Under the pieces are notes generated by a model, which saw only the letters and a list, made by a program, of their open reading frames with translations, ran no database searches and was not told the DNA's origin. This document shows, in pieces, positions 47,308-56,532 of a DNA stretch of 64,000 nucleotides. How positions within the stretch are numbered: position 1 is the first letter of the stretch; each line of letters opens with the position of its first letter. This DNA is from Candidatus Hadarchaeota archaeon (GTDB taxonomy: Archaea; Hadarchaeota; Hadarchaeia; Hadarchaeales; JAWBSP01): NCBI GenBank assembly GCA_964474885.1, contig CAYYWO010000003.1, forward strand, positions 32,001 through 96,000, read 5' to 3'. The translations under genes were made by a program, and so were the position numbers.

Positions 47308-48312
47308 ATGCCCAAGGAGCACAAGCCCAGGAGGGGGTCCTTGGCTTACAGCCCTAGGGTTAGAGCGGCTTCTCAGGTCCCGCATGTTAGGTCCTGGGTG
47401 CTCTGTCCCGAGCCGAAGCTGTGCGGGATCGCGGGCTACAAGGCCGGCATGACCCACGTCATGATGATCGACGACAGAAAGACGAGTTTAACCGCTGGGC
47501 AGACCATAACAGTCCCAGTGACCGTCATAGAGATACCACCCATCTTTGTGTTCGGGATCAGGTTGTACGAGTGTACTTCTAGGGGCCTCAGAGTTGTAGG
47601 GGAAGTTTGGACGAAGGACGTCCCAAAGAACTTCGAGCGCAGGCTCAAGCCCCCCAAGAAGATGGAGGAGCAAAGGCTTGATCAAATGGAAGAGCTCGTC
47701 AAGAGCGGCAGGGTATGCGAGGTGAGATTGTTGTGCTGCACCCAGCCCTGGTTGACCAACTTACCCAAAAAGTCCCCCGACATCTTTGAGGTACCGATAG
47801 GCGGTTCCGGCATAAAGGAGAGGTGGGAGAATGCTAGGAAAATGCTGGGGAAGGAGGTCAAGGTGTCGGAAGTCTTTGATGCCGGGGAGTACATCGATGT
47901 GATTGCTGTAACAAAGGGCAAGGGATTCCAAGGGCCGGTCAAGAGATGGGGCGTGAAAATACTGCCCCGGAAGACTGAAGGTGGGAGAAGGCAGGTTGGC
48001 ACGCTCGGTCCCTGGCATCCAGCCAAAATCATGTGGACGGTCCCCCAGGCGGGGCAGATGGGTTATCATCAGAGAACCGAATATAATAAGCGCATCTTGA
48101 AGATAGGCTCCGATGGAGGGGAAGTAACACCTTCCGGTGGATTCCTCCGGTACGGACCGGTTAAGACCGATTATGTGATGGTGGCAGGTTCTGTCCCTGG
48201 TCCAGCAAAACGTCTTGTTATCCTGAGGAAAGCCGTCAGACCACCCAGGGGACGCCCTATGTCACCCCCCACCATCACCTACGTGAGCTTAGCTTCTAAG
48301 CAGGGGAAGTAA
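47308..48312 (+). CDS. rpl3: 50S ribosomal protein uL3
   Basis: PRRGSL, GYKAGMTH, TKGKGFQGPVKRWG. Confidence 0.98.
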   Translation: MPKEHKPRRGSLAYSPRVRAASQVPHVRSWVLCPEPKLCGIAGYKAGMTHVMMIDDRKTSLTAGQTITVPVTVIEIPPIFVFGIRLYECTSRGLRVVGEVWTKDVPKNFERRLKPPKKMEEQRLDQMEELVKSGRVCEVRLLCCTQPWLTNLPKKSPDIFEVPIGGSGIKERWENARKMLGKEVKVSEVFDAGEYIDVIAVTKGKGFQGPVKRWGVKILPRKTEGGRRQVGTLGPWHPAKIMWTVPQAGQMGYHQRTEYNKRILKIGSDGGEVTPSGGFLRYGPVKTDYVMVAGSVPGPAKRLVILRKAVRPPRGRPMSPPTITYVSLASKQGK

Positions 48313-48313
48313 G

Positions 48314-49084
48314 ATGGTAGCCGTTAGAGCACTGGACGGTGGTATCGTCAGGGAGGTGGAGTTACCTGAGGTTTTTAGAGCGGAGCTCAGGCCGGATCTT
48401 ATCAGGAGGGCTTTCTTGGCTGAAACCTCCCTCAACTACCAGCCCAAGGGGACGGATGTCAGGGCGGGGAAGCGTACGACTGCGGAGCCATGGGGTAAAG
48501 GGTTTGGTGTCTCCCGAGTTCCCAGAATTAAGGGTAGTCGGTATCACGCGGCAGGCAAGGGGGCCTTCTCCCCCTCAACTGTCGGTGGTCGTGCAGCTCA
48601 CCCTCCGAAGGTGGAGAAGCGGCTCGTGCAGAAAGTGAACAAGAAGGAGTACCGTTTGGCTCTGAAGTCTGCCATTGCTGCCACGGCCAAGAAGGAGCTG
48701 GTCGAGGCTAGAGGACATGAGTTTGAGGCTGCAGATTTGCCCATAATAGTCGTAGCTGACGCCGAAAAACTGAAGAAAACCAAGGAAGTAATGGAGCTGT
48801 TCAAGAGGCTGGGTTTGTGGTCAGATGTAGAGAGGGCGAAGGAAGGGAAGAAGATCAGGGCAGGGAAGGGAAAGATGAGAGGAAGGAGATACAGAAAGCC
48901 GAAGGGCCCCCTAGTAGTGACAGGTAGCCCGGATTGTGATTTACTAAAAGCCGCCAGGAACCTGCCTGGAGTCGACGTGGCGGATGTGCGTGCACTGAAC
49001 TTAGAATTGCTGGCACCTGGAGGGGTGCCGGGGAGATTGACCGTCTGGACGGAAAGCGCGATCGAGCAGCTCAAGTCCCTATGA
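48314..49084 (+). CDS. rpl4: 50S ribosomal protein uL4
   Basis: RPDLIRRA, IRAGKGKMRGRRY, LAPGG.PGRL. Confidence 0.97.
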   Translation: MVAVRALDGGIVREVELPEVFRAELRPDLIRRAFLAETSLNYQPKGTDVRAGKRTTAEPWGKGFGVSRVPRIKGSRYHAAGKGAFSPSTVGGRAAHPPKVEKRLVQKVNKKEYRLALKSAIAATAKKELVEARGHEFEAADLPIIVVADAEKLKKTKEVMELFKRLGLWSDVERAKEGKKIRAGKGKMRGRRYRKPKGPLVVTGSPDCDLLKAARNLPGVDVADVRALNLELLAPGGVPGRLTVWTESAIEQLKSL

Positions 49085-49341
49085 AGGATCCGCAAAAAGT
49101 GATCCTGTATCCCGTCACGACGGAGAAGGCCGTCAGATTGGTCGAGAGGGAAAACACCGTTACCTTCATGGTCTCTGAGGATGCGAACAAGGTGGACATC
49201 AAGAGAGCTGTCGAGATCCTCTACGGGGTCAAGGTAAAAGACGTCAGGACGGTTAAGACCTTTGATGGGAAAAAAGCATATGTCAGGCTCTCCCCCGAGT
49301 TCTCGGCGGATGAGCTGGCAGCCAAGCTGGGGGTGATATAG
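49081..49341 (+). CDS. rpl23: 50S ribosomal protein uL23
   Basis: PVTTEKA, KKAYVRL. Confidence 0.96.
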   Translation: MKDPQKVILYPVTTEKAVRLVERENTVTFMVSEDANKVDIKRAVEILYGVKVKDVRTVKTFDGKKAYVRLSPEFSADELAAKLGVI

Positions 49342-50057
49342 TGGGAAAGAGGATCCGGGCTCAAAGGGTTGGACGCGGTTCCCCTAGGTATAGATCCAAT
49401 CCTTGGAGGAGGGTAGGCCCCCTCAAAATGCCCCCCTTGGTGAGTGGTACTCTGACCGGGCAGGTCACGGACATTTTTCACAATCCGGGGATATCTACAC
49501 CCTGCGCTATGGTGAAGCTTCAGAATGGGGAGACGTTCTGCGTCCCCGCCTGTGACGGCCTGAGGGTGGGTCAGACCATAAGCGTCGGGCCCGGCGCGCC
49601 TGTTCAACCCGGAAACATCGTGCCCTTAGGAAATGTACCCGAGGGGAGTAAAGTGTACATGATCGAAGCTCAGCCGGGGGACGGGGGGAAGTTCGTGAGG
49701 GCGAGCGGGACCTACGGTATCGTAGTAGGGAGAGAGGGCAGGGAGACGATAGTCCAGTTGCCCTCCGGCAAAACGCGCAGGTTTCTCTCAGAGTGTAGAG
49801 CTATCGTAGGGATCGTTGCTGGAGGGGGTAGGGTGGACAAACCTTTCGTTAAGGCTGGAAAGAAGTACCACCATATGCGTGCAAAAGCGAAACCCTATCC
49901 CAGGACGAGGGGAGTTGCCATGAATGTGGTTGACCATCCCTTCGGTGGGGGAAGGAGACAGCACTGCGGGAGACCCAGATGTGTCAGCAGGAATGCGCCT
50001 CCCGGACAGAAGGTGGGCCTAATAGCCGCGAGGAGAACAGGGATCAAGAAAGTGTAA
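49341..50057 (+). CDS. rpl2: 50S ribosomal protein uL2
   Basis: [24 protein letters not shown]. Confidence 0.98.
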   Translation: MGKRIRAQRVGRGSPRYRSNPWRRVGPLKMPPLVSGTLTGQVTDIFHNPGISTPCAMVKLQNGETFCVPACDGLRVGQTISVGPGAPVQPGNIVPLGNVPEGSKVYMIEAQPGDGGKFVRASGTYGIVVGREGRETIVQLPSGKTRRFLSECRAIVGIVAGGGRVDKPFVKAGKKYHHMRAKAKPYPRTRGVAMNVVDHPFGGGRRQHCGRPRCVSRNAPPGQKVGLIAARRTGIKKV

Positions 50058-50058
50058 C

Positions 50059-50454
50059 ATGCCGAAGAAATTCACATATCGGGGTTACACGCTGGAGCAA
50101 CTGCAAGCCATGCCGCTAGAGAAATTTGCCGAACTCTTACCGGCCCGCCAGCGCCGCTCTCTCCTAAGGGGTCTCACACCGGCTGAGCAGAGGCTGCTCG
50201 AGAAAGTGAGGAAATACAAGGACAAGGGAATCCAAAAACCCATCCGGACGCATTGCAGGGACATGATAATACTCCCTGAAATGGTTGGTATGAAGTTCGC
50301 CGTCCACAACGGGAAGGATTTCGTTGTCTTTGAGGTCCTTCCGGAAATGATAGGCCACAGACTCGGAGAGTTCTCGCAAACGAGGAAGAGAGTTGTCCAC
50401 GGAGCACCCGGGGTGGGGGCCACTAGGAGCTCGATGTACGTACCGCTGAAATAA
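50059..50454 (+). CDS. rps19: 30S ribosomal protein uS19
   Basis: [27 protein letters not shown]. Confidence 0.98.
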   Translation: MPKKFTYRGYTLEQLQAMPLEKFAELLPARQRRSLLRGLTPAEQRLLEKVRKYKDKGIQKPIRTHCRDMIILPEMVGMKFAVHNGKDFVVFEVLPEMIGHRLGEFSQTRKRVVHGAPGVGATRSSMYVPLK

Positions 50455-50907
50455 ATGCCACACCACGAGTATTCGGTCCAGCTCTCCGAGCCGTGTGCCA
50501 AGGCATATGGAAGGGAGCTGAGGATCTCGAGGAAGCATGCGGAGGAAATTTGTAGGGCTATAAAAGGCATGAGGTTAGAGGAATGTAAACGCTTCTTGGA
50601 AGGGGTGATAAAAAAGAAGGTACCTGTCCCCTTCCGCAGGCACAACAAGAAACTCCCTCATAGGAGAGGATGTAGAGGGGCGGGTCGATACCCAGTCAAG
50701 GCAGCCAAAGAAATCCTTAAGGTGATCAAGAACGCCGAGGCAAACGCTTCTTACAAAGGCTTGAAGCCAGAGAAGCTGAGAGTGGTGCATGCGTGTGCCA
50801 AGAAAGGCCTCGTGATTCGAAACTTCATGCCCAGGGCCTTTGCGAGAGCCACACCTTGGAACCAAGAACTCACAAATGTAGAGGTAGTTCTTCAGGAAAA
50901 GGACTGA
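50455..50907 (+). CDS. rpl22: 50S ribosomal protein uL22
   Basis: GRYPVKAA, PRAFARA. Confidence 0.96.
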   Translation: MPHHEYSVQLSEPCAKAYGRELRISRKHAEEICRAIKGMRLEECKRFLEGVIKKKVPVPFRRHNKKLPHRRGCRGAGRYPVKAAKEILKVIKNAEANASYKGLKPEKLRVVHACAKKGLVIRNFMPRAFARATPWNQELTNVEVVLQEKD

Positions 50908-51533
50908 TGGCGCCCTCGTCAGATATAAAATTCATCCAGTATGGATGGGACAGAGCCAGCCTCGAGGAGTTTCTCAGCGAAAAGTTAGGACACGCAGGAT
51001 ATGGTGGGATAGACATCCAGAAGATGACTGGGAGCACGAAAATCACCCTGTATGTGGAGAGACCGGGAGTTGTCATAGGCAGGGGTGGTGAAAGCATAAA
51101 GGAGCTGCAGGAAATTTTGGAAAAACGCTTCAAGCTGGAGAAGCCCGAGATAGAAGTCCTCGAACTCCAAAATGCTGACCTCTGTGCTCCAATCGTGGCA
51201 AAAAGGATAGCATCGGCCTTGGAGCGGGGGATAAGTTACAGGAGGATTGCTCACGCTTTCTTGAGAAGGGTAATGGCAGCTGGGGCAAAAGGAGTTGAGA
51301 TCAGGATTTCGGGGAAGATAGCCGGCGAGAGAGCTAGATCGGAGAGGTTCTTCCAGGGATACCTGAGTAAGACGGGGGAGCCAGCGGAGAAATACGTCAG
51401 CAAGGGTCAGGCCACGGCCAAGCTGCCACCTGGCATTGTGGGGGTCAAAGTCAGAATAATGTTGCCTTTCCCAGTTGAAGATTTGAAGAAAGGAGCAAAG
51501 AAGGAGGGGGAAGGTGCCCAAGCTTCGAGCTGA
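50907..51533 (+). CDS. rps3: 30S ribosomal protein uS3
   Basis: [11 protein letters not shown] domain, GAKGVEI..SGK; ATG 50907. Confidence 0.96.
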   Translation: MAPSSDIKFIQYGWDRASLEEFLSEKLGHAGYGGIDIQKMTGSTKITLYVERPGVVIGRGGESIKELQEILEKRFKLEKPEIEVLELQNADLCAPIVAKRIASALERGISYRRIAHAFLRRVMAAGAKGVEIRISGKIAGERARSERFFQGYLSKTGEPAEKYVSKGQATAKLPPGIVGVKVRIMLPFPVEDLKKGAKKEGEGAQASS

Positions 51534-51726
51534 CGAATTGAGGGGTATGAGTATAGAAGAATTAAAGGAGAAGTTAAGAGAGTTGAGGGCTGAACTGGCT
51601 AAAGAAAGGGCTGTGGCGAGGGCTGGTGGCACGACAGAGAACCCAATGAGGATCAGGGAGTTACGGAGAGCCATAGCCAGGGTCTTGACGGTGATCCGGG
51701 AGGTTCAGCTCAGGGAAGGTCGCTGA
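51514..51726 (+). CDS. rpl29: 50S ribosomal protein uL29
   Basis: [13 protein letters not shown]; operon position. Confidence 0.95.
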   Translation: MPKLRADELRGMSIEELKEKLRELRAELAKERAVARAGGTTENPMRIRELRRAIARVLTVIREVQLREGR

Positions 51727-52034
51727 TGCAGGAGATTTGTAAAATCTGTGGGCTACCTAAGGAACTATGCATATGCGAGGGCATAGCAAAAGAGCAGCAG
51801 AGGATAAACATCTACACCCAGGAGAGGAAGTTCGGTAAGAAGGTTGTGATAATTGAAGGATTGGACTCTAAAGCCCTTAACCTGAAAGACCTGCTTAAGA
51901 AACTCAAATCGAAGCTCGCCTGCGGCGGGACAATCAAGAATAACATAATCGAACTCCAAGGAGGGAACAAGGAGCGAGTGAAGGAGGCATTGGTTGAGTT
52001 GGGTTTCCCTGTGGATTCTATTTACGTTAGGTAA
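51726..52034 (+). CDS. Translation initiation factor aIF1 (SUI1)
   Basis: [25 protein letters not shown]. Confidence 0.95.
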   Translation: MQEICKICGLPKELCICEGIAKEQQRINIYTQERKFGKKVVIIEGLDSKALNLKDLLKKLKSKLACGGTIKNNIIELQGGNKERVKEALVELGFPVDSIYVR

Positions 52035-52045
52035 GGAGGGAAAGC

Positions 52046-52315
52046 ATCCCCATAACACCGAGAAATTTGCTCAAACACGAGTGGATCGGACTGACGGTTG
52101 AGATAGTGGATAGTCTTGATCCCACGCTGAAGGGGAGACAAGGGAGGGTGATAGATGAGACGAAAAACACGCTGGTTATCGAAGAAGGCACGCGCAGAAT
52201 TCGCATCCCCAAAGCAGTAGTCACCTTGAAGTTCATCTTGCCTGGAGGGAAAGAAGTGCTTGTGGATGGAAGGAAAATCGTTATGAGACCAGAAGAGAGA
52301 GTTAAGAGACTATGA
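52046..52315 (+). CDS. rnp1: RNase P protein Rpp29/Pop4
   Basis: [29 protein letters not shown]; start ATC 52046 (SD-supported) or TTG 52067. Confidence 0.9.
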   Translation: MPITPRNLLKHEWIGLTVEIVDSLDPTLKGRQGRVIDETKNTLVIEEGTRRIRIPKAVVTLKFILPGGKEVLVDGRKIVMRPEERVKRL

Positions 52316-52656
52316 GCGAGAATCCTCCGGCTAGAAACATAGGGCTTGACGTAAAACCGCCCACCTCTTCATGCTCTGACCCCAGATGCCCCTTTCACGG
52401 GAATCTGAAGGTTAGGGGGAGGGTGATGGAGGGAGTTGTAGTGAGCGACCGTATGCAGAAAACGGTCACAGTGGCAATTGAGAGGTTGCATTATGTTCCC
52501 AAGTATGAGAGGTACGAGCGAAGGACTTCGAAAATCCATGCTCACAATCCCCCGTGTATAAATGCCAAGGTTGGAGACAGGGTGAAAATTGCGGAATGCC
52601 GGAGGCTAAGCAAGACGAAGGCTTTCGTTGTGGTTGAGAAAAGCGAGGTGAAATAA
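52312..52656 (+). CDS. rps17: 30S ribosomal protein uS17
   Basis: [21 protein letters not shown]. Confidence 0.97.
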   Translation: MSENPPARNIGLDVKPPTSSCSDPRCPFHGNLKVRGRVMEGVVVSDRMQKTVTVAIERLHYVPKYERYERRTSKIHAHNPPCINAKVGDRVKIAECRRLSKTKAFVVVEKSEVK

Positions 52657-53082
52657 ATGGGAAAGAAGGGGGCCGGCGAGACGAGGGGAATTTCTCCTGT
52701 CACCCCTGTCAGGGCGATCAACGTGGGAGCTAGGCTTGCATGTATCGACAACACAGGGGTTAAGGAGATCCAAGTTGTTTCCGTAGTGGGGTATAAGGGA
52801 GTTAGGCGGCGGATGGGCAGGGCTGGTGTTGGGGATCAGGTGGTGGCATCTGTGAAAAAAGGAACGCCGGAGTGGAAGAAGAAGATAGTCAGGGCGGTCA
52901 TAGTCAGGCAGAAGAAGGAGTACCGGCGCGTTGACGGCATAAGGGTGAAATTCGAGGACAACGCGGCAGTCATAGTCAATCCGGATGGGACACCCAGAGG
53001 TACGCAGATAAAGGGAGCGATTGCGAGGGAAGCTGCCGAGAGGTGGCCTAAAGTGGCTGGGATAGCCTCTATCGTGGTATGA
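52657..53082 (+). CDS. rpl14: 50S ribosomal protein uL14
   Basis: [20 protein letters not shown]. Confidence 0.97.
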   Translation: MGKKGAGETRGISPVTPVRAINVGARLACIDNTGVKEIQVVSVVGYKGVRRRMGRAGVGDQVVASVKKGTPEWKKKIVRAVIVRQKKEYRRVDGIRVKFEDNAAVIVNPDGTPRGTQIKGAIAREAAERWPKVAGIASIVV

Positions 53083-53414
53083 AGACCGTACAACCGCGGA
53101 AGCAGAGGTACCGACTGTATCACGCACCCCTCCACGCGCGGGGGAAGTTCCTGCACGCCCACCTGAGCGATGAGCTAAGGAAGAAGCTGGGGAGGAGGAG
53201 TCTCAGGGTCAGGAAGGGTGACAGGGTGAAGATTCTGCGGGGTGATTTCAAGGGCTTGGAAGGGGAGGTCGTCCAGGTGTTCACCAAGCAGAGGAGGGTG
53301 GCCGTTCAGGGCGCTTCTTTGAGGAAGGCGGATGGAACGGAGGTCCCCCTCAAGATACACCCCTCGAATTTGGTGATCACTAGACTGGCGGAGGACAAGA
53401 GGAGGCTCAAATGA
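53079..53414 (+). CDS. rpl24: 50S ribosomal protein uL24
   Basis: [18 protein letters not shown] motif, IHPSNL. Confidence 0.96.
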   Translation: MKTVQPRKQRYRLYHAPLHARGKFLHAHLSDELRKKLGRRSLRVRKGDRVKILRGDFKGLEGEVVQVFTKQRRVAVQGASLRKADGTEVPLKIHPSNLVITRLAEDKRRLK

Positions 53415-54016
53415 GGAAACTCGGGCTCTCCGCCCTGGTTCTTGCGGTAGCGACAGGCATATTTTTGCTTTTCGGGAAGTTTGAGAGCGAGATGCCTTCG
53501 ATCAAAGGTAAGAAAGTGCTGATGGTCATAGCCCCGGAGAACTTCAGGGACGAGGAACTGTTTGAGACGAGGGCCCAGCTCGAGGCAGCTGGAGCGGAGG
53601 TAAAGGTCTGCAGCTCGACCCGCGAACCCGCTGTGGGCATGCTGGGTGGAAAGGCTGTCCCGGATTTCTCCTTAGATCAAGTCCGGGCCGCCGACTGGGA
53701 TGCGATAGTTTTTGTTGGTGGCGTGGGAGCCCAGGTTTATTTCAATGATAACCGGGCTCTAAACCTGGCGAGGGAGGCCTATCGGCTGGGGAAGAAGGTA
53801 TGTGCCATTTGCATAGCTCCCATGATCTTGGCCAATGCGGGAATTCTGAAGGGGAGAAGGGCAACGGTCTGGTCTTCTTTTGCCAACCAGCTCGAAGATG
53901 CCGGGGCCGTTTACGTGCAACAGAACGTAGTGGTCGATGGAAACATAGTAACAGCTCCCGGGCCTCAGGCCGCGGTCGAATTTGGCAAGGCCATTGCCAG
54001 GGAACTAGCCGGGTAA
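53411..54016 (+). CDS. DJ-1/PfpI family protein with N-terminal hydrophobic segment
   Basis: FRDEE, FVGG.G, AICIAP, DGNIVTA.GP. Confidence 0.88.
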   Translation: MRKLGLSALVLAVATGIFLLFGKFESEMPSIKGKKVLMVIAPENFRDEELFETRAQLEAAGAEVKVCSSTREPAVGMLGGKAVPDFSLDQVRAADWDAIVFVGGVGAQVYFNDNRALNLAREAYRLGKKVCAICIAPMILANAGILKGRRATVWSSFANQLEDAGAVYVQQNVVVDGNIVTAPGPQAAVEFGKAIARELAG

Positions 54017-54017
54017 A

Positions 54018-55304
54018 TTGTCAAGTCTTCTCCTCCAGGGGGGCTGGTACCTTTCACCCCAGTTCCAGGTGCTGAAGGGAGACGTGCTGATTGAAGATGA
54101 CAGGATCGTAAAGGTCGGTGAGGTGAGGGGTCCGGCTGACCACGTGATCGACGCAAGGGGAAAACTCATAGTCCCCGGATTCGTGAACGCCCACACGCAC
54201 TCCCCCATGAGTCTCATGAGGGGCTATGCGGAGGATCTAGGCTTGGAGGAGTGGCTGGCTGGGAAGATCTGGCCAGTCGAGGAGAAGCTAAAACCCCATC
54301 ATGTGAGGGCAGGGGCACTGTTGAGCTGTCTCGAGATGATCAAATCGGGAATAACCTGTTTCTTCGACATGTACTTCTTTATGGAGGAAGTTGCGAGGGC
54401 AGTGGAAGCCTCAGGCCTCAGGGCGGTCCTTTCTTATGGGATAATCGATCTGGGGGATCCGGATAGAAGGAAGCGGGAACTCGCCAAAGCTCGGGAACTT
54501 TTGGTCCTCCGGGGAAGTGCAGAGGGAAGGATTGAGATCGCGTTGGGCCCTCACGCCCCTTATACGTGTTCCGAAGAATGCTTGCTCGAGGTTAGGAGGC
54601 TGGCTGAGAAGCACCAGACGCGGATACACATGCATCTCTCGGAGTCCATGGGAGAGGTCCAGAGGTTTTTAGAGCAAAAGGGAAAGAGACCCGTCGAGTA
54701 CCTGAGAGAGATAGGGTTCTTGGGGCCGAATCTGACGGCGGCACACTGTGTGCACTTGGATCAAAGGGAAATCAAAATCTTGGCCCAAGAGGGGGTATCG
54801 GTGGTGCACAACCCAACAAGCAATCTAAAGCTCGGGTGTGGCATAGCACCGGTGATCGAGATGATCGACCAGGGCATTAATTTATCTCTGGGAACGGATG
54901 GACCCGCGAGCAACAACACGCTGAATATCTTCCAGGAGATGAAACTCTGTGCCCTCTTGCAGAAAGGAAAGAGGCGAGATCCTACCCGACCTAGAACCAC
55001 GGAGGTTTTGGGAATGGCGACCCAAGGGGGCGCGAGGGCCTTGGGCCTGCAGGACGTGGGCAGGATCGAGCCCTCGGCCAAGGCGGATGTGGTGCTAATC
55101 GATTTGAAAGCACCAAATCTCAGACCCGTTCTAGACCTCCGTGCAGCCTTGGTTTACTCCGCTAGGCCGGAGAACGTGTCGCACGTTATAGTGGGGGGAA
55201 AGCTCCTCATGGAAAATAGGCAGATCCTGAGCTTGGATGAAGAAGAAGTGCTTGAGAAGGCTGAGAAAGCCTCTCAGGAGCTCCTTTCAGATGACGAGGA
55301 TTAA
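54018..55304 (+). CDS. 5'-methylthioadenosine/S-adenosylhomocysteine deaminase-like amidohydrolase
   Basis: PGFVNAHTH, PHAPYTCS, HLSES, GTDGPASNN; next to ahcY. Confidence 0.88.
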   Translation: MSSLLLQGGWYLSPQFQVLKGDVLIEDDRIVKVGEVRGPADHVIDARGKLIVPGFVNAHTHSPMSLMRGYAEDLGLEEWLAGKIWPVEEKLKPHHVRAGALLSCLEMIKSGITCFFDMYFFMEEVARAVEASGLRAVLSYGIIDLGDPDRRKRELAKARELLVLRGSAEGRIEIALGPHAPYTCSEECLLEVRRLAEKHQTRIHMHLSESMGEVQRFLEQKGKRPVEYLREIGFLGPNLTAAHCVHLDQREIKILAQEGVSVVHNPTSNLKLGCGIAPVIEMIDQGINLSLGTDGPASNNTLNIFQEMKLCALLQKGKRRDPTRPRTTEVLGMATQGGARALGLQDVGRIEPSAKADVVLIDLKAPNLRPVLDLRAALVYSARPENVSHVIVGGKLLMENRQILSLDEEEVLEKAEKASQELLSDDED

Positions 55305-56532
55305 GCATCCCGAGCTGGCTGCTTTGGGCCGGTCAAGGATAGAATGGGCTACCCAGCACATGCCCGTTTTGGCCAGGATAGCCAAGGAGTTGGAGGAGAG
55401 AAAGCCCTTGAAAGGCCTGCGTGTGGGGTTAGCGCTCCACGTAGAGGCAAAGACTGCAGTTCTCGTGAGAACTCTGAGCCGAGCTGGAGCAAAAATCACC
55501 ATTGCGGGTTGCAACCCCTTGTCTACTAAGGATGAGTGTGCTGCGGCCCTGGCGGAGGAGGGGCACGAGGTCTTCGCGTGGAGGGGTGAGACGGAAGAGG
55601 AGTATTGGGAGAACTTGCGTTCTGTCCTTGAAACGCGTCCCCAGCTTATCATCGATGATGGCGGGGACCTGACCTCCTTAGCCCACAGGATGGGTGTGAG
55701 TGGGATCTTTGGTGCTTGCGAGGAGACTACCACGGGAGTGAACCGGGCAAAGCAAATGGAGAGGGAGGGCATCCTGAGGTTCCCCATAATAGCGGTTAAC
55801 GACACGCCGTCAAAACGTCTGTTCGACAACAGATTCGGAACGGCCGAGTCCACCCTCCAGGCAGTGTTAACGATAACAAATCTGCAGCTATCTGGGAAAA
55901 GGGTGGTGGTAGCGGGGTACGGGCATGTTGGGAGGGGGATAGCCTCTAGGATGAAGGCAATGGGTGCAGTTGTTTACGTGGTTGAGGTGGATCCGATCAG
56001 AGCCCTGGAGGCAGCCATGGACGGTTTCATCGTCACGGACATGCAGGAAGCCTCTCGCGTGGGGGACATCTTCATTACGTGTACAGGGAGCGTCAACGTG
56101 ATAAGGAAGGAGCACTTCTCCCAGATGAAGGATGGGGTCTTGCTGGTGAATGCCGGGCATTTTGATGTCGAGATAGACCTCAGGTCCCTCAGAGACATGG
56201 CAAAGGAGCACAGGAAGGGCATCCAGGATGTTGAGGAGTTCGTGCTGCCGGATGGTAGGAGACTCTACGTCCTGTGTCAGGGGAGGCTGGTAAACCTAGC
56301 CGGGGAACACTCAATGGGGCACCCATGTGAGATAATGGACATGAGTTTTTCGCTCCAAGCCCTCTCGCTCTGCTATCTAGTGGAGCACAGGGATGAAATG
56401 AAACCAAAGGTCTACCCAGTACCGGAGGAAATCGACAAGAAAGTAGCCACATTAAAACTCCTCTCCTTGGGAGCAAAGCTGGAGGCTCAAACAGAGGAGC
56501 AGATCAGGTACAGATCAAGTTGGTTGCTCTGA
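55291..56532 (+). CDS. ahcY: Adenosylhomocysteinase
   Basis: CNPLST, DDGGD, EETTTG, FDNRFG, GRLVNL, GHP..MDMSF; ATG 55291. Confidence 0.97.
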   Translation: MTRIKHPELAALGRSRIEWATQHMPVLARIAKELEERKPLKGLRVGLALHVEAKTAVLVRTLSRAGAKITIAGCNPLSTKDECAAALAEEGHEVFAWRGETEEEYWENLRSVLETRPQLIIDDGGDLTSLAHRMGVSGIFGACEETTTGVNRAKQMEREGILRFPIIAVNDTPSKRLFDNRFGTAESTLQAVLTITNLQLSGKRVVVAGYGHVGRGIASRMKAMGAVVYVVEVDPIRALEAAMDGFIVTDMQEASRVGDIFITCTGSVNVIRKEHFSQMKDGVLLVNAGHFDVEIDLRSLRDMAKEHRKGIQDVEEFVLPDGRRLYVLCQGRLVNLAGEHSMGHPCEIMDMSFSLQALSLCYLVEHRDEMKPKVYPVPEEIDKKVATLKLLSLGAKLEAQTEEQIRYRSSWLL

